Below are positions 1 through 14,415 of a DNA stretch of 64,000 bases, one piece after another; position 1 is the first letter of the stretch; each line of letters begins with the position of its first letter. Position numbers and translations under genes: made by a program. This DNA is from the human T2T-CHM13v2.0 reference genome, Homo sapiens, in assembly GCF_009914755.1 (NCBI RefSeq), contig NC_060935.1. The stretch is one strand, 5' to 3'. The notes below the pieces were generated by a model. That model was not told the DNA's origin. It did no database searches and was given only the letters and a program-made list of their open reading frames with translations.

Positions 1-549
1 CACAGGGAATATGCTATTATAGAATGCGCCTCACCTCTTAGCTCTGGCTACCTGCATACCTCCATGTTTCTGGAAATATCTCTACTGAGTAGCCTTCTCT
101 TAGCACCATGAAACGTTATCTTTAGTGTTCCCTGGTACTTCGTACCCACCTCCATTGACACCACTACATCCTAACTGCCTGTTGCCTGTGTCCTTGAAAA
201 CAAGGATTATCTTTTATTATATTTGTATTCCTAGATCCAAGCACAGTGCCTAATGCATATGAGGTATCTAAACAGTAATATTACCAAAAATAGCTGATGC
301 CTATGGATAACTTATTATAAGCCTGATGGCATGTATTTTACTGGTACTAAGTTTGTACTCACAAAATCAGGTGGGGAAACAGGGGTATAGAGAAATTAAA
401 TAACTTTCCCAGAGTCACACAGCCAGCAAGTCAAACTTTTGGCACCTGGTTTTGCAGCCCATGTTCAGACACTCATAATACAATCCCTGAAAGTTTCACA
501 AATGTCAAATAGCAAAGCCCGACTCAAGAACAGAGCCCCTGCTGCTCTT

Positions 550-843
550 TTTTTGTTTTTTGTGAGACGGAGCCTCGCTCTGTCGCCCAGGCTGGAGTGC
601 AGTGGCACAATCTTGGCTCACTGCAAGCTCCACCTCCCAGGTTCACACCATTCTCCTGACTCAGCCTCCTGAGTAGCTGGGACTACAGGCGCCCGCCGCC
701 ACGCCCAGCTAATTTTTTGTATTTTTAGTAGAGACGGGGTTTCACCATGTTGGCCAGGATGCTCTCGATCTCCTGACCTCGGGATCTGCTCACCTCGGCC
801 TCCCAAAGTGCTGGGATTACAGGCGTGAGCTGCCGCGCCGGCC
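550..843 (-). mobile_element. Alu (AluY-like)
   Basis: Full dimer, poly-T at left, GCAAGCTCC and ccattctcc diagnostics; TSD cagagcccctgct(gct)ctt at 531-549 and 844-859. Confidence 0.95.
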
Positions 844-3165
844 CAGAGCCCCTGCTCTTAACCCACTGCTCCCTATAAATGTCTATTGAAGGAATGAGGA
901 CCCATGTTTTCTAAGTTTTTGGCTACTGCTTCTTTCTAAATCGCAAAAGTTACGAACAAACAGTCCACAATGTGTTACATGTAGCCCAGAGTTATTAATT
1001 GATCAATTTATTTATTTATTTTTATGTGTAGATGTCTGTAAATGTGCATTTCTGTTAAGTTCCTGGCCCCTGAAAATAATCTGAGTTCAACATCCTCGCC
1101 TTTTTTGCACCAGACCCCATAACCTTAATACGAGGCAGACACAGCTCTTGAGTCTTTTTGACAGTTTACTATTCCCGAGATACATTTTCCAAATCCAATA
1201 TATAATGTATGACTTACCAGTAATTGCCATTAAGAACCAGAATATTCATAGATATTGCCTCTATTAATATTTTGTTTTTAATTCAGTAAGTTTTTAATTG
1301 TTCTCACTGTGAGTCTTTTACTGAAACAGTGCTGGGATACCCAATAATCAGTCTTGAAAAGAAAGAATAAAGATAAGCATAAAGATTATGTTTAGCCAGA
1401 CTTAACAAACCCCATTCATGAAAAACAGCAGCCTTTAGTTCAACTACTTTCTCATTAATCAGCTTGAAAAGATAAATGGTCAACCAGACACAAAATATTA
1501 ATTGTAATAATTGCTAACAATTATTGAACACTTTATTATTGAACACTTAGGCACCATGCCATGTATGTTACATACATAATCTCATTTAACCCTTACTACA
1601 CCCTGAGAGGTGGATAAACTATTAACTCTGTCTTACAGATGAGGAGACTGAGACACATATAGGATAAACTACTTTGCCACAGTATTTGCTAGACTTATTC
1701 AACTCAAAGTGTTATTTATTGAGTGCTATCTATGGTAGAAATTACATAAATTATGAGTTTCACAATTTATTTTTATGATAATTAAATGCTTTTATTCTGG
1801 CACCTCTATGTGCCAAGACTGAGGACTGAGACTGGTACATCATTGTCCCAAATACAGTAGGATAAAATGGAAAGAGAAAGCATGTTGGAGTCAAGCTTTA
1901 AAACTTGGTTTTGCCACTTACTGTTAAACAAAGGACAAGTGAAAAGCCTGAGCCTCTACTCCTTAACTTAAAAATGAGGCCAATCGTCACTATATTTCAT
2001 GAGATTCTTGTTAAACGATATACACAGATGAAATACCTAAACATTACATAATTAGTCCTCCAATGAATACAATCTCCTGTCTCCTTCTTCTTCCTTCAGG
2101 TCATTCTTCAGTGATCACCTCCCATGGGAAATCCCCCCTGACTCCCCGAGGCTGAGCAGGAATCCCTCTATTCTGGCACTTACCCACTGGTCAGTATGTA
2201 ATGCTTTGTTTGTGTATCCTCTACTGGACTGGGAGCTTCCAGGAGTTTCATTGCCCCATCCTGGTGTCTAGCACAGTGCCTACAAACAGTAGGCACTCAG
2301 AAGACATACAGACTAAGCGAATGACTGACTGAATAAATGAATGAACAAGGACTTTGGAAGAGTGACCAGTTCAGCTTTCACTGAAAATAATTTTAGACAT
2401 GGGTGATTTCTGCAGAAAGTAAAAAAGAAAACATGTTCACAAGAAAATTTACTTTACAGGTCCAACTGCCTGTCCTTATTTTGCTTTCCAGTTATTATTT
2501 GATACCATTCTTTTAGGTGAAATGGAAGGAAGACTGAAGAAACCAGTATATAAAAGTTGAGCTGAACTACTGTAGGCTTTGCAGTAAAGCAGACATAGGT
2601 TGGAGTCCTAATTTTGTTCTTTTAAAAATATTCTTTATATGCTGTTGCTCCACAGGTGATTTCAGTGCATTTAATAACTAAATGTACTTAGGCAAAATAT
2701 TTAATTTTCTTTGGCCTTACCTATAAGGCAGAGATAATACCCATCTGGCAGAATTATGAGAATTAGGAATATTTTACTGGGGCAAATGTAGAAGTTAAGT
2801 AATATTATGTATTTTTACGACTATATAGTACATATAATGATTTTAACATCATCTTCCTCTCTTAAGAACTTTTATGGATAAGACCCACTTCTAGCTTAAC
2901 AAATTCATTTCTCTCCCAAACTAGAGAGTTAATTTTTTTCTTATATATGATTCTTATGCCCTAGCCCTTAACTCTTTAGTAGAGAGTTTGAAGCTCTTGC
3001 TTCTCCAGATAGCATAAATGAAACTATTTCTGCCAGCATTGTTAGAATAATGTTACCTTGGGTGAAAACAAATAGGAAGAAGAACCATGTGTAAAAATGG
3101 ATGTGTTGATAAAGCTAAATAAATTAATATTTTAGTCACTTTTTGTATTTGGATTGTCAATGATA

Positions 3166-3532
3166 CTAGGCAATACCATTCAGGACGTAGGCATGGGCAG
3201 GGACTTCATGTCCAAAACACCAAAAGCAATGGCAACAAAAGCCAAAATTGACAAATGGGATCTAGTTAAACTAAAGAGCTTCTGCACAGCAAAAGAAACT
3301 ACCATCAGAGTGAACAGGCAACCTACGAATGGGAGAAAATTTTTGCAATCTACTCTTCTGACAAAAGGCTAATATCCAGAATCTACAAAGAACTCAAACA
3401 AATTTACAAGAAAAAAACAAACAACCCCATCAATAAGTGGGTGAAGGATATGAACAGACACTTCTCAAAAGAAGACATTTATGCAGCCAAAAGACACATG
3501 AAAAAATGCTCATCATCACTGGACATCAGAGA
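3166..3532 (+). mobile_element. L1PA ORF2 internal fragment without 3'UTR or poly-A
   Basis: [33 protein letters not shown] is L1 ORF2p; flanked by the direct repeat GATACTAG (3162-3169, 3533-3540). Confidence 0.93.
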
Positions 3533-4556
3533 GATACTAGCTAACTACCAAAATTCTGGCCTCAACCATAGAACCTGTCGACCCAACCCTCACAAATTCC
3601 TGACGTCTAACTCCTAAACTCCACAGTCAGATAACAACTCATTCTTAGCCTGCGCAACCTCCCGGAGGCAGCACTTAGAATATGTTATATAATTTTCTAC
3701 TTTCAGATATGGAATAAAACATTATTTTTCTTCATTCCACAAACTTGTAATTGAAAATTAAAAAGAGGAGATACATCAATTTGAAGTTCTTATATAATAC
3801 TTGAAATATCATGTAACTAGATGAAATGATTTATTATTCAGCAAATAATCATTGAGCACTTTTCATGGACCAGGCACTATTCATCAAAGGCTTTACAATC
3901 CATGCTTTAATTTGCTACGCAATAAGTTATGTGACTGTCTTGTTAGTCCAGGGCTCTTCAACTTATGCTTAGAGATGATGATGGACATGACGTGCTCTCT
4001 TCTCATAGTGACTGTAACATTTTACCCCAGTTCATGTCCTGTGTAGTCTTCTCTCTGATCACATGCCTCTAGTTTCTTCTGTCTCACTGCAATCATCCTC
4101 TATATTCCTTCCAGACTGTCTCTTAACTACTCCAATTAAGATGTAACTACATTCATACTTCATCGAAAAAATATCTTGTGGGCTCACATTGCGTACTCAG
4201 AATAAGTTCAGACCACAAAACTGGTGCCCAACCAATATGGCTACAACTGAACTCTCCTGTTTCATCTGTACTAGATTCCAACCGAACTAGACCATAAACC
4301 CTTCCCTCAATGTGTTCTTTGCTTGAGTTAGTCTTATTCCCATCTCTATCTGTAGATCCCCTGCCCCTCCAGAACAAACATAACTTTTTTGGAAGTATTT
4401 AGCTGCTAACATCTAACTGATTGACATTCTCCTTTGAATTTTTGGATGAAGTTCAGTATATCCTCTAGCTTCAGAATTGTCTGGTATCTTGAATTTTTAT
4501 TATTTGTCTCTATTTATTTAATGTGAAGGGAAAAGGTGCCATAGAAAGACTCAGAA

Positions 4557-5695
<1,139 letters not shown>

Positions 5696-8340
5696 AGAAA
5701 GACTCAGAAGTATCCCAGCTCTGTGTATTGCCACTCGTGTAACCTCCAGGAAGTCACCATAACCTCTCTCTCAGCCTGTTTCTTTACGTATAATCTGTGA
5801 TGAAAATAATGCCAACTTCACAAGGTTATTGAGGATGTGTATAAAGTGAGAGGAGATATATGAAAGAACTTAGCAATAGTGCTGGCATGCAATAGGCACT
5901 GAAAATAAGGCACTTGGAAAACAATACAACACTGCCCAACTATTATTGTTAAGTCATATATGAGACTGGAGGGGCAAACAAACTTCTTCATTAGAGTAAG
6001 ATATTTCCAAGTGGGTTCTGAAGTTTCATAGGATGATATGGGAGAAAAGCCATCTTATGGCTAAATGATTTTAGATGTTAAATTAAAAATAATACAAAAG
6101 TGTTTCTTAATCATAGGATTTCTCAGAGTCTTTTAGAAGATCATGGAGTGTGCCTTGTGTTCAAATTCTTTACATTAAACAGAAAAGCAGTTTCTCATTC
6201 TGGGCTGGAATGCATGAGGGGAACTAAAGCACCATAATGAACTGGGAGCAGAGGGGAAAGATGTGTATCAATTATGTGTGAATGGAAATAAGGCAGATTC
6301 AAGTTGGGATGGGAGAACAGGCTTTCTCTTTCTCCCTCCCATCTCAAAGAAGGGAATGATTGTGCAGTGGTCATAAAGTTACCTGACTACAGAACTCTTA
6401 TCTAATGCTGTATCTCAGAGAGCTAATGTTCCTCTTCACACAGTTTGACAACTACTGATTTGGAAATAGTGGTGGTATAAGTGGGAGTGGTTAAGAGTAG
6501 AGGGGTTTGTGGATAGAGACATTCATTAACCAATTTTATATTACCCTGTGTGTTTTTTATACCCTCACCTAAGTAGTGCTACCCCCATTTTTATCTTTCT
6601 CTAATTTTCCTGAGACTAGCCCAAAATGAAATATATGTGTTTTCTAAAATATGATTTTAACAGAGTAGATGATATAATGCAAAGTTGGAAACAATAGATC
6701 TGAATGGTTATGATAAGGTATTATCCTCTCTGATAGACCAATGCTCCCTAATCCAGAACCCCAGCAAGGTAGGGTTGGCTGCTAACCAACCTCCTAGGTG
6801 GCTCCTAACAGTTCCCTATAGTATCTATGGTCACACACATGTACAATTACTTTTTAAAATTTACCTTCTCTCTAGATAACAAACTTCTTGAGAGCAGAAG
6901 TGACACACATTTGGAGTGTCTATCTTGACAGCAGTTATCATAGAGCCTGTTGGCATGTAGTGCTTACAATGTAATTTATGAATGAACTGTTCTGTAAAAG
7001 GGAAAGAAAAATGAGCTGATTCAAATTTAAAAAGCACAAAAGAAATTGTGACTTCTCTGTGCTGATATCCATTACACCGAATCTCTTTATACTCAGGACA
7101 GCTTAGGACAGGGAATTAGGAGACTTGAGTCTTAGCCCTGATGTTGCTACAAACTATCTTGGTCACTATGAGCAGATTAAGTCCTCTTTCTGGCATCCGT
7201 TTCACCAGCTGTGAAGGGAGATAATTTATACTCTCCCTTTTTTCCAGATAGAATTGAAGGTGACTCCTGAGACTATCTCAAGCTCTTGTCTAATGTAGTT
7301 AAACTTGTGGGAGAGCTGAGAATAATGCTCCCTTAATGGGAAAGATTTCTCAAATTGAGAATTTAAATATAAGGCATTTGTTAAGCAATCATCATCTACA
7401 GCAAGTGAACTCTGTCAACTTGATTAGCCGTAAGTTACTGGTTGCAAAAATCAGAAACCCATTGAATCACCTAGGCCATCTGGAGGGTAGCTCCCAGGAG
7501 TAACAGAATTGCTGAAAGACTCAGGCTACTCCAGGAACTTTAGAAAATAAAATTAATCTCTCAAATACCATCAGATCACCTTAATTTTTCCTATCTGCCC
7601 TCAGGTTTTTGCAAATAAAGAAGTTCAGAGCTTCTGGATTCATATGCTCATAGTTTTGCCACTAAAGAGAAAAGGCTTCCTACCCTCAACCTCAGTTAGA
7701 GAAATCTTGAGGAAGGACTCTGATGACTTTAGTTTCAGGCACATGTTCATACTCAAGACTAGAACAATTCCAAGTCCCAGAGACAGTGGTACCACAAGTG
7801 GACTCACTTGGATCATGTGGACACTATTGGCCAGTTACAGTGACTTGAGAGACACAGTATGTAGGAGTGGCAACTTCTACTGGGACAACTTGCAGCAGGA
7901 GAGGAAGAGGAATGGTTGGGAGGAGGAGCTCAAACCTGGCATGGCTCAATGATTTTGAATCTGGAAACCCTCAGTTGTATTTACTATATCACTATATGGA
8001 CAGTTGTATATCTATACCAATGTAGATGTATGCATTCACATTTTAGATAGACATAAGCAATGCATAATTTTAAAAATAAATAGAAAATATTTTTCCGTAA
8101 ACTTACACATTACCCAACAGATCAAATCTAGTGGCACCTGAGTACCTTAACATATACAGAATAAGTAGAAAACTGAGGCTATAATACTGGACATGCAAAA
8201 AAGCAAGATAAGGAAAGTAGAGTTGAAACATAAATGACTTGAAGAAAGGCACCTCTCACCAGAAAGGTATAAAGTAGTTGCTCAATAAATTTGAGAGAAA
8301 ATAAAAAGGAATAAAAGAAATTTCTTACAGTTTAAGAAAT

Positions 8341-8654
8341 GGCTGGGCGTGGCGGCTCACACCTATAATCCCAACACTTTGGGAGGCTGAAGTGGGCGGA
8401 TCACTTGAGGTCAGGAATTCAAGATCAGCCTGGCCAACATGGTGAAACCCTGTCTCTACTAAAAATACAAAAATTAGCTGGGCATGGTGGCATGTGCGTG
8501 TAAACTCAGCTATTCGGGAGGCTGAGGCACAAGAATTGCTTGAACCCAGGAGGTGGAGGAGGTTGCAGTGAGCCGAGATCGTGCCACTCAACTCCAGTCT
8601 GGGCGACAAAGTGAGACTCCATCTCAAAACAAACAAACAAACAAACAAACAAAC
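8341..8654 (+). mobile_element. Alu (AluS) with (AAAC)n tail
   Basis: Full dimer consensus match. Confidence 0.95.
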
Positions 8655-9329
8655 TTCAGTTCTGATAATGAGCCAATTCTATAGACTGACATTTTAAGGA
8701 CAAATATGGCTTAAAATGAATAAGATGGAGTTATTTTTAATATACAGATACACACATATTTCTTATTGAATGAAACAGAACAAAAATGTTAACAGTTAAA
8801 TGAATTAGTGGTTTGATTACAAATAATTTTAATCTTATATTTTATAATTGTGATCATTTTCTAAGTTCTCTATAAAATGCATATGCAATTCTAATATTCA
8901 TATTCAAAGGTGTGGAACAAAAAAAAACAGCCATAAATTTTGAACCAAGGATAGTGTAGGAAGTTCTAATATCTTTAATTTGCCTTTGAAGCCCAGAAAA
9001 TAGGAAGGGAGCAGCACATTTGGAAGTATTCCACAAACTGGAAAATAGAAATATCTAAGAATGAATGGAAAACTGTGTAAGTTATTCTCACAGATGGGAA
9101 ACAGTCCATAAAATTGAGTGTGGAAAAAAAATAAGGACAGGAAGCTCAGAAACAGAAATTCTAACTATACAATCATGAGTAATCCAAGGAAGAAGAAAAA
9201 GGAAACCCATCTAAAAGAAGCTAGTTTGACTACAGGAACATCTCAGGTAAAATCAAGTTTAAAAATAACATGTACAAAAGACAGAAGGAGAAGGGAAGTG
9301 AACGCAGAACAGATTCGAGCGGTGTCTGA

Positions 9330-9895
9330 ACTCATCCACATGGGCTCAGGAAGCTAAAATGAAGTCTAAGGACAAACTTGAAGAAAATACTAAAGGCAGA
9401 AAAAGACTGTTTTGGAATTTATTCAGAGCAAAAGTATTATCACTGAAGAGACGGACTAGCACTACAAGTTTAGCAGACTGTGGACACAGAGAATGGAGAT
9501 ATAAACACAATAAACTAACTTCATTTTCTGCCATAATAAGGATTTCAGACTGAGCAATCAGGAGACTGCTTTGAACATCTGATCTTTAGTATAATGCCCC
9601 TCTTAATGTCCCTGCTGACAAGGTGACTATGGGTTGGTTCCAAAGTAAAATGGCTAGATTTGTATGGGCTCAAACTGTGCCTGAAGACTATTAATTATTT
9701 AATTACATTAAATAAGAATAGTTTCTCAGGTGGTAGTATAGGACTCAAACCCCTGTCCAGAAGTAGCCTCATTTTTATCAGAAGATTGGATGAAGTCATA
9801 AAAGGCATACTTATCAAATTTTTGTTAGACCCAAAGGCAGAAGCGAAACTGACATGAGGGATGAAATTAGAATTTTAGAATGTTCTCAGAATGAT
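9330..9895 (+). mobile_element. L3/CR1 LINE fragment (RT region)
   Basis: Residual peptide LIFIRRLDEVIKGILIKFLLDPK resembles CR1 RT FNIFINDLDEGIEGTLIKFADDTK; upstream KLEENTKGRKRLF resembles the CR1 LARDVKGNKKGF segment. Confidence 0.55.
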
Positions 9896-10364
9896 GACTA
9901 CTTCAGTTCATTGTTGGTAAGTATAAATTAGTTCATCATTTTTGAAAATATGTGATAAGAACATAAAAATGTCCATTCCCTTTGATCTAGTAAATCTAAG
10001 AGTAAGCCTTAATAAAATAATCTTAAACATATAAAATAATTTATGTACAAAAATACCCATCATTACATTATTTAAAATAGTAAAAACTAAAAATGTAAGA
10101 AAAAGAGGGTTAATGATAGGGGATATTATGAACATCCTTATAATATGGTATTGTTCAGTTATTAAAAATTATATTTACAAATAGTTCACCATAGAAATCC
10201 TTATAGTACATTTTTTAAGTTGCACACAATATGATATAATTAAGAAGTATGACAATGTTAGCAGTGATTAATCCTGTGTAGGAATTTCTGTGTGATTTTT
10301 TTCCATTATTAATTTCCATTTTTCCTAAACAAGACAGATTTATTTTCTCTAATTTGGCATTTCA

Positions 10365-11430
10365 AATTTTACCCTGGCTATCAATATGCAATATCTCCTC
10401 TTCCTTTTTAACAGAATGCTGATTTTTGCATAGGTAGCTAAAACTTTATTTCCCTGGCTTCCTTGTGCTAACTGCAGTTATGACTAATGAAATATAAACA
10501 GAAGTCTACTAAGTAGGGTTTCCTATAAAACTATCAATTTCTGAACTTTAATCTATGGCCATACCACTTTGAATGTGCTTGATCTCATCTGATTTCTAAA
10601 CTTAAAAAGAGGGGCAGGCAGAGTTAGTTGTTACACACCTTTTACTCTTAACCTTTCCAGGATACTTAATCCTGCCCAGAAACTAATATGACAGACAGAA
10701 TTCTAATTCTAATGTTCCCAAGATGTCCACCCCCTAGGGTCATGCCCATTGAGTGCAGGTGGGACCTATGAATAGGACAGCATAGTCAGTCCCTTGATTA
10801 GGCTCCCTTTCATAAGACTTCACTGTAGCAAACTAGAGAGAAATTCTCTTTCTAACCTTGAAGAGGTAAGCTGCCATGCTATAAAAAGGCCACATGGTTA
10901 AGAACTCAGATCAGCCTCTAGGAGCTGACAGCAACCCCCAGGCAACAGCCAGCAAGAAAACAGAAACCTCAGTCCTACAACCACAAGGAACTGAGTTCTG
11001 CCAACAACCTGAATGAGCATAGAAGAGGATCCCAAGGTTTAGATGAGAACACAGCTATGACCAGCATCTTGGTTTTAGCATGATAAGAATCTGAGTAAAG
11101 GACCCAACCAACCTGTGCTAGGACTACTGACCCATGGAAACTGTGAAATCATAAATGTGTGTTATTTTAAGCTGTCAAGTTTATGGCAATGCATTACACA
11201 GGAAAAGAAAACAGAAACTAATGCCCTCATCTTATAACCATAAGGGAGAAAGTCACGTGCTGAGGCTGGTGATCCAGGAAGTTGAGCCATTTATGACGTC
11301 CTTGAACTGCAGTTCCAGCCCTGGGTACATACCTCAAGACTTGTTTCATGCTATAAATGAGCTCTTCTTTGGTTAAGTCACTATTTTTAGGGTCTCTTTC
11401 AAATATAGACGAACACAATTCTAACTGAAA
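10365..11430 (+). mobile_element. MaLR (MLT1-family) LTR sequence, apparently one LTR (~10690-11220) nested in an older one
   Basis: MLT1 hallmarks: gccagcaagaaaacagaaacctcagtcctacaaccacaaggaactgagttctgccaacaacctgaatgagc and aaatgtgtgttattttaagc. A second LTR-like 3' end lies at ~11350-11430. Confidence 0.65.
10551..10596 (+). pseudogene. 3'-truncated 5S rRNA retropseudogene (first ~45 nt)
   Basis: atctatggccataccactttgaatgtgcttgatctcatctgatttc versus 5S GTCTACGGCCATACCACCCTGAACGCGCCCGATCTCGTCTGATCTC; differences are transitions, many at CpG; flanked by a degenerate TSD. Confidence 0.85.
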
Positions 11431-11445
11431 TAGATGTTTTACTTT

Positions 11446-11795
<350 letters not shown>

Positions 11796-11869
11796 TAGCT
11801 TGAAACCACAGAATAATATTTAATAGATATTAATAATAAAATTATACATGTGAGTTCAAGTTATCAATA

Positions 11870-12200
11870 GTTTAAATGCACAAGATTTCATTTGATAGCA
11901 TATTATTTAGAAAAATAAGGGATTTTTAGTTGACCATAAGTACAACATGTCTCTAACAGTTTGATACAGCTGTTGAAAATAAATTAATGTAGTGAACTAC
12001 TGCATACAATAGAAATATTGTGGTCTAGGAAAGATAGGTTAGAGTCCCATTATCCCATGCTCTGTTCAGTCTACATCTAGTATATTGTAAACAGATCTGG
12101 CCACTCCATTTAAACTGGCATACGGACAGATTACAGTGTCCAGGTAAGACAACCAGAATGGTAAGGGTTCCCAAAGCCAATTCACTTGAACAACAGCAGG
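11870..12200 (+). mobile_element. L3/CR1 LINE 3' fragment
   Basis: gggatttttagttgaccataag...tgctctgttcagtctacatctagtatattgt...tctggccactccatttaa matches degenerate CR1 DLGVLVDHKL...ALVRPHLEYCVQFWAPHFK. Confidence 0.6.
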
Positions 12201-12919
12201 AGTTCTTAATAAACAAGTCTTACAAAGAGTGAAAAGTCATTCTGTGCTGGGAATTTGTGAAAGCCAAATAAGAAAATAAATGTTGGAAACTTCCAAAATT
12301 TGAAAGTTTTAAACAAATGTTATATATTAACATTTTGAACATTCATGGCAAATAACAAAAGCTGACTTTCAATCTAGATGATGAACTCATTTACAAAGTT
12401 TCTGAATATTTTGGCCCTTTTGTAGACCTGAAATTTAGGCTTGCTACTATGCTCTTTAAGTTAGATTTAAAAATCTCTAACTACTATAAAGTCTGGTCAA
12501 AGCTTACTCCTGTTACACCCTAGACACCTCTGACCCATGCTAGACCTCCCAGTGACTTAAAAGAAAATACACTGTTGACAGAATAGAGGGGGATAATTAT
12601 TTAATAACCTTATTTTCCTACTTTAATTTTTAGACCCACCAACTAGCAGAAACACAGTAAGTGAATGCAAGTTTTGATTATTTAAAGAGAGAACCAATGA
12701 TGTATAATCTGACTTTTTTTCTTGTCCAAAATCTTCCCAGTTTACTACTCAGAAGAATAGCATAGAAAAAAAAGAGTGAAAAGTCAGGCTACTCAAAAGT
12801 AATCTTATTAGGGCTGTCTACTGAGGAGAGTCCACTGAGTTCTAGTCTTAGCTATTTTGAAATACACCTATGCTACCTCTACTACTTCCCCTCTCTGGGG
12901 CCTCATTTTTTCATCTAAA

Positions 12920-14415
12920 TGTGGGAATGCCAAGAGATTAGTCCTGAGTCCTTTTCTCTTTTCTATCTATACTCATTCCCAAGGTAATCTCATTCCAAAG
13001 GGATCTTTAAATATTACCTATACATACATAACAACCAAACATATCTGCAGCCTGGACTTTTCTCCTGAACTGCAGAATCATACATAACTACTTACTTTAC
13101 ATCTGCTCTTAGATGTATAGTAACCTTTTAGACTTTAACATACAAAAAAAAGAATCTTGTATCTCTTACCCATTGATCCCTCTGTATCTCAGGACCCCAT
13201 TCAAAAACTGCCAACTCTATTTATTTTATTTTATTTTTTTGAGATGGAGTCTTGCTCTGTCACCTAGGCTGAAGTACAGTGGCGCAATCTAGGCTCACTG
13301 CAACCTCCACCTCCTGGGTTCAAGCGATTCTCCTGACTCAGCCTCCTGAGTAGCGGGGACTACCGGTGTCTGCCACCATGCCTGGTTAATTTTTTGTGTT
13401 TTTAGTAGAAATGGGGTTTCTCCATGTTGGCCAGGCTGGTCGCAAACTCTTGACCTTAAGTGATTCCCCTCACCTCGGCCTCCCAAAGTGCTGGGATTAC
13501 AGGCGTGAGCCACATCACCTGGCCGCCAATTCTATTCTTACAGTTGCTTAGGCCAAAAACTGTTGAGACATCCTTAAATCCTCACTTTCTGTCATTACCT
13601 TTACTTAAATTGCTAGGAAATCCTGTGTCTGAAGAACATTCATAAATACAAGGTAGAATTTGAGTACTTCTCACAATCTCATTCTTAAATATTGCAATAG
13701 CATCCCAGCTGATCTGCTTCCAACCTTTCTCACTATAATTCAGGTTCAACAAAACCACTGCAACGATCCTTTAGATCAAATTATATCACATCTCTGATCA
13801 AACCCAATGGCTTCTTGCACAGAAAATTCTGTCTCACAAAAATCCAAAATTCTTACAATTATCTAAAAACTCAACAGGACATCACCTCTCTGACCTCACC
13901 TCTATCACTCTGCTATTGCTCACTCTGCTCCATCTTCACTGGCTGCCTTGCTGTTCCAAAAATACAGCTGTCAATTCCTGCCAGAGTGCCTCTGCTCATG
14001 CTATACCCACTTCCTCGACCATTTTCTTTCCGTGAATTTATATGGCTCAATAGTGCTCATCTTTCAAATATTTACCTTAAAAACAACAACAACAACAAAA
14101 ACACCCTCTTGATGAAACCTTCCCCGGTCACCCTGTCTAAAACTGCTTACTTCTCTTTTTACTCCTCCCTATATCCCACATGTTACATATGCCACGCAAG
14201 CTCCCCTGCTTTCATGTTCTGCTTAGCACTTATCTCCACCTGACAAACTATATATTACGTTTATTTACCATTTTATAACCTGTCTTTACTCACTTTAATG
14301 CAAGTTCCAAGGTGAGAGGGATTTTATCTATTTTGTCCACTGGTATAGCCCTAATGCCTAAAATAGTACCTGTAACATAGAGGTTCTCAATGATTATTTG
14401 AAGAATAAATGAATA
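12920..14415 (+). mobile_element. L2 element, interrupted by an Alu
   Basis: L2-typical pyrimidine-rich body ending in ...gaataaatgaat. Confidence 0.65.
13222..13524 (-). mobile_element. Alu (AluS)
   Basis: Full dimer; TSD gccaa(c/t)tctatt at 13210-13221 and 13525-13536. Confidence 0.95.

Noticed and set aside
439-806. Alu-derived ORFs (also 8325, 11474, 13295, 24052, 26512, 35458, 56253)
   Set aside because: Standard Alu translation artefacts (LECSG..., GETPSLLK...).
13815-14243. 142-aa ORF
   Set aside because: Lies in decayed L2 sequence with a non-ATG start and no motif.
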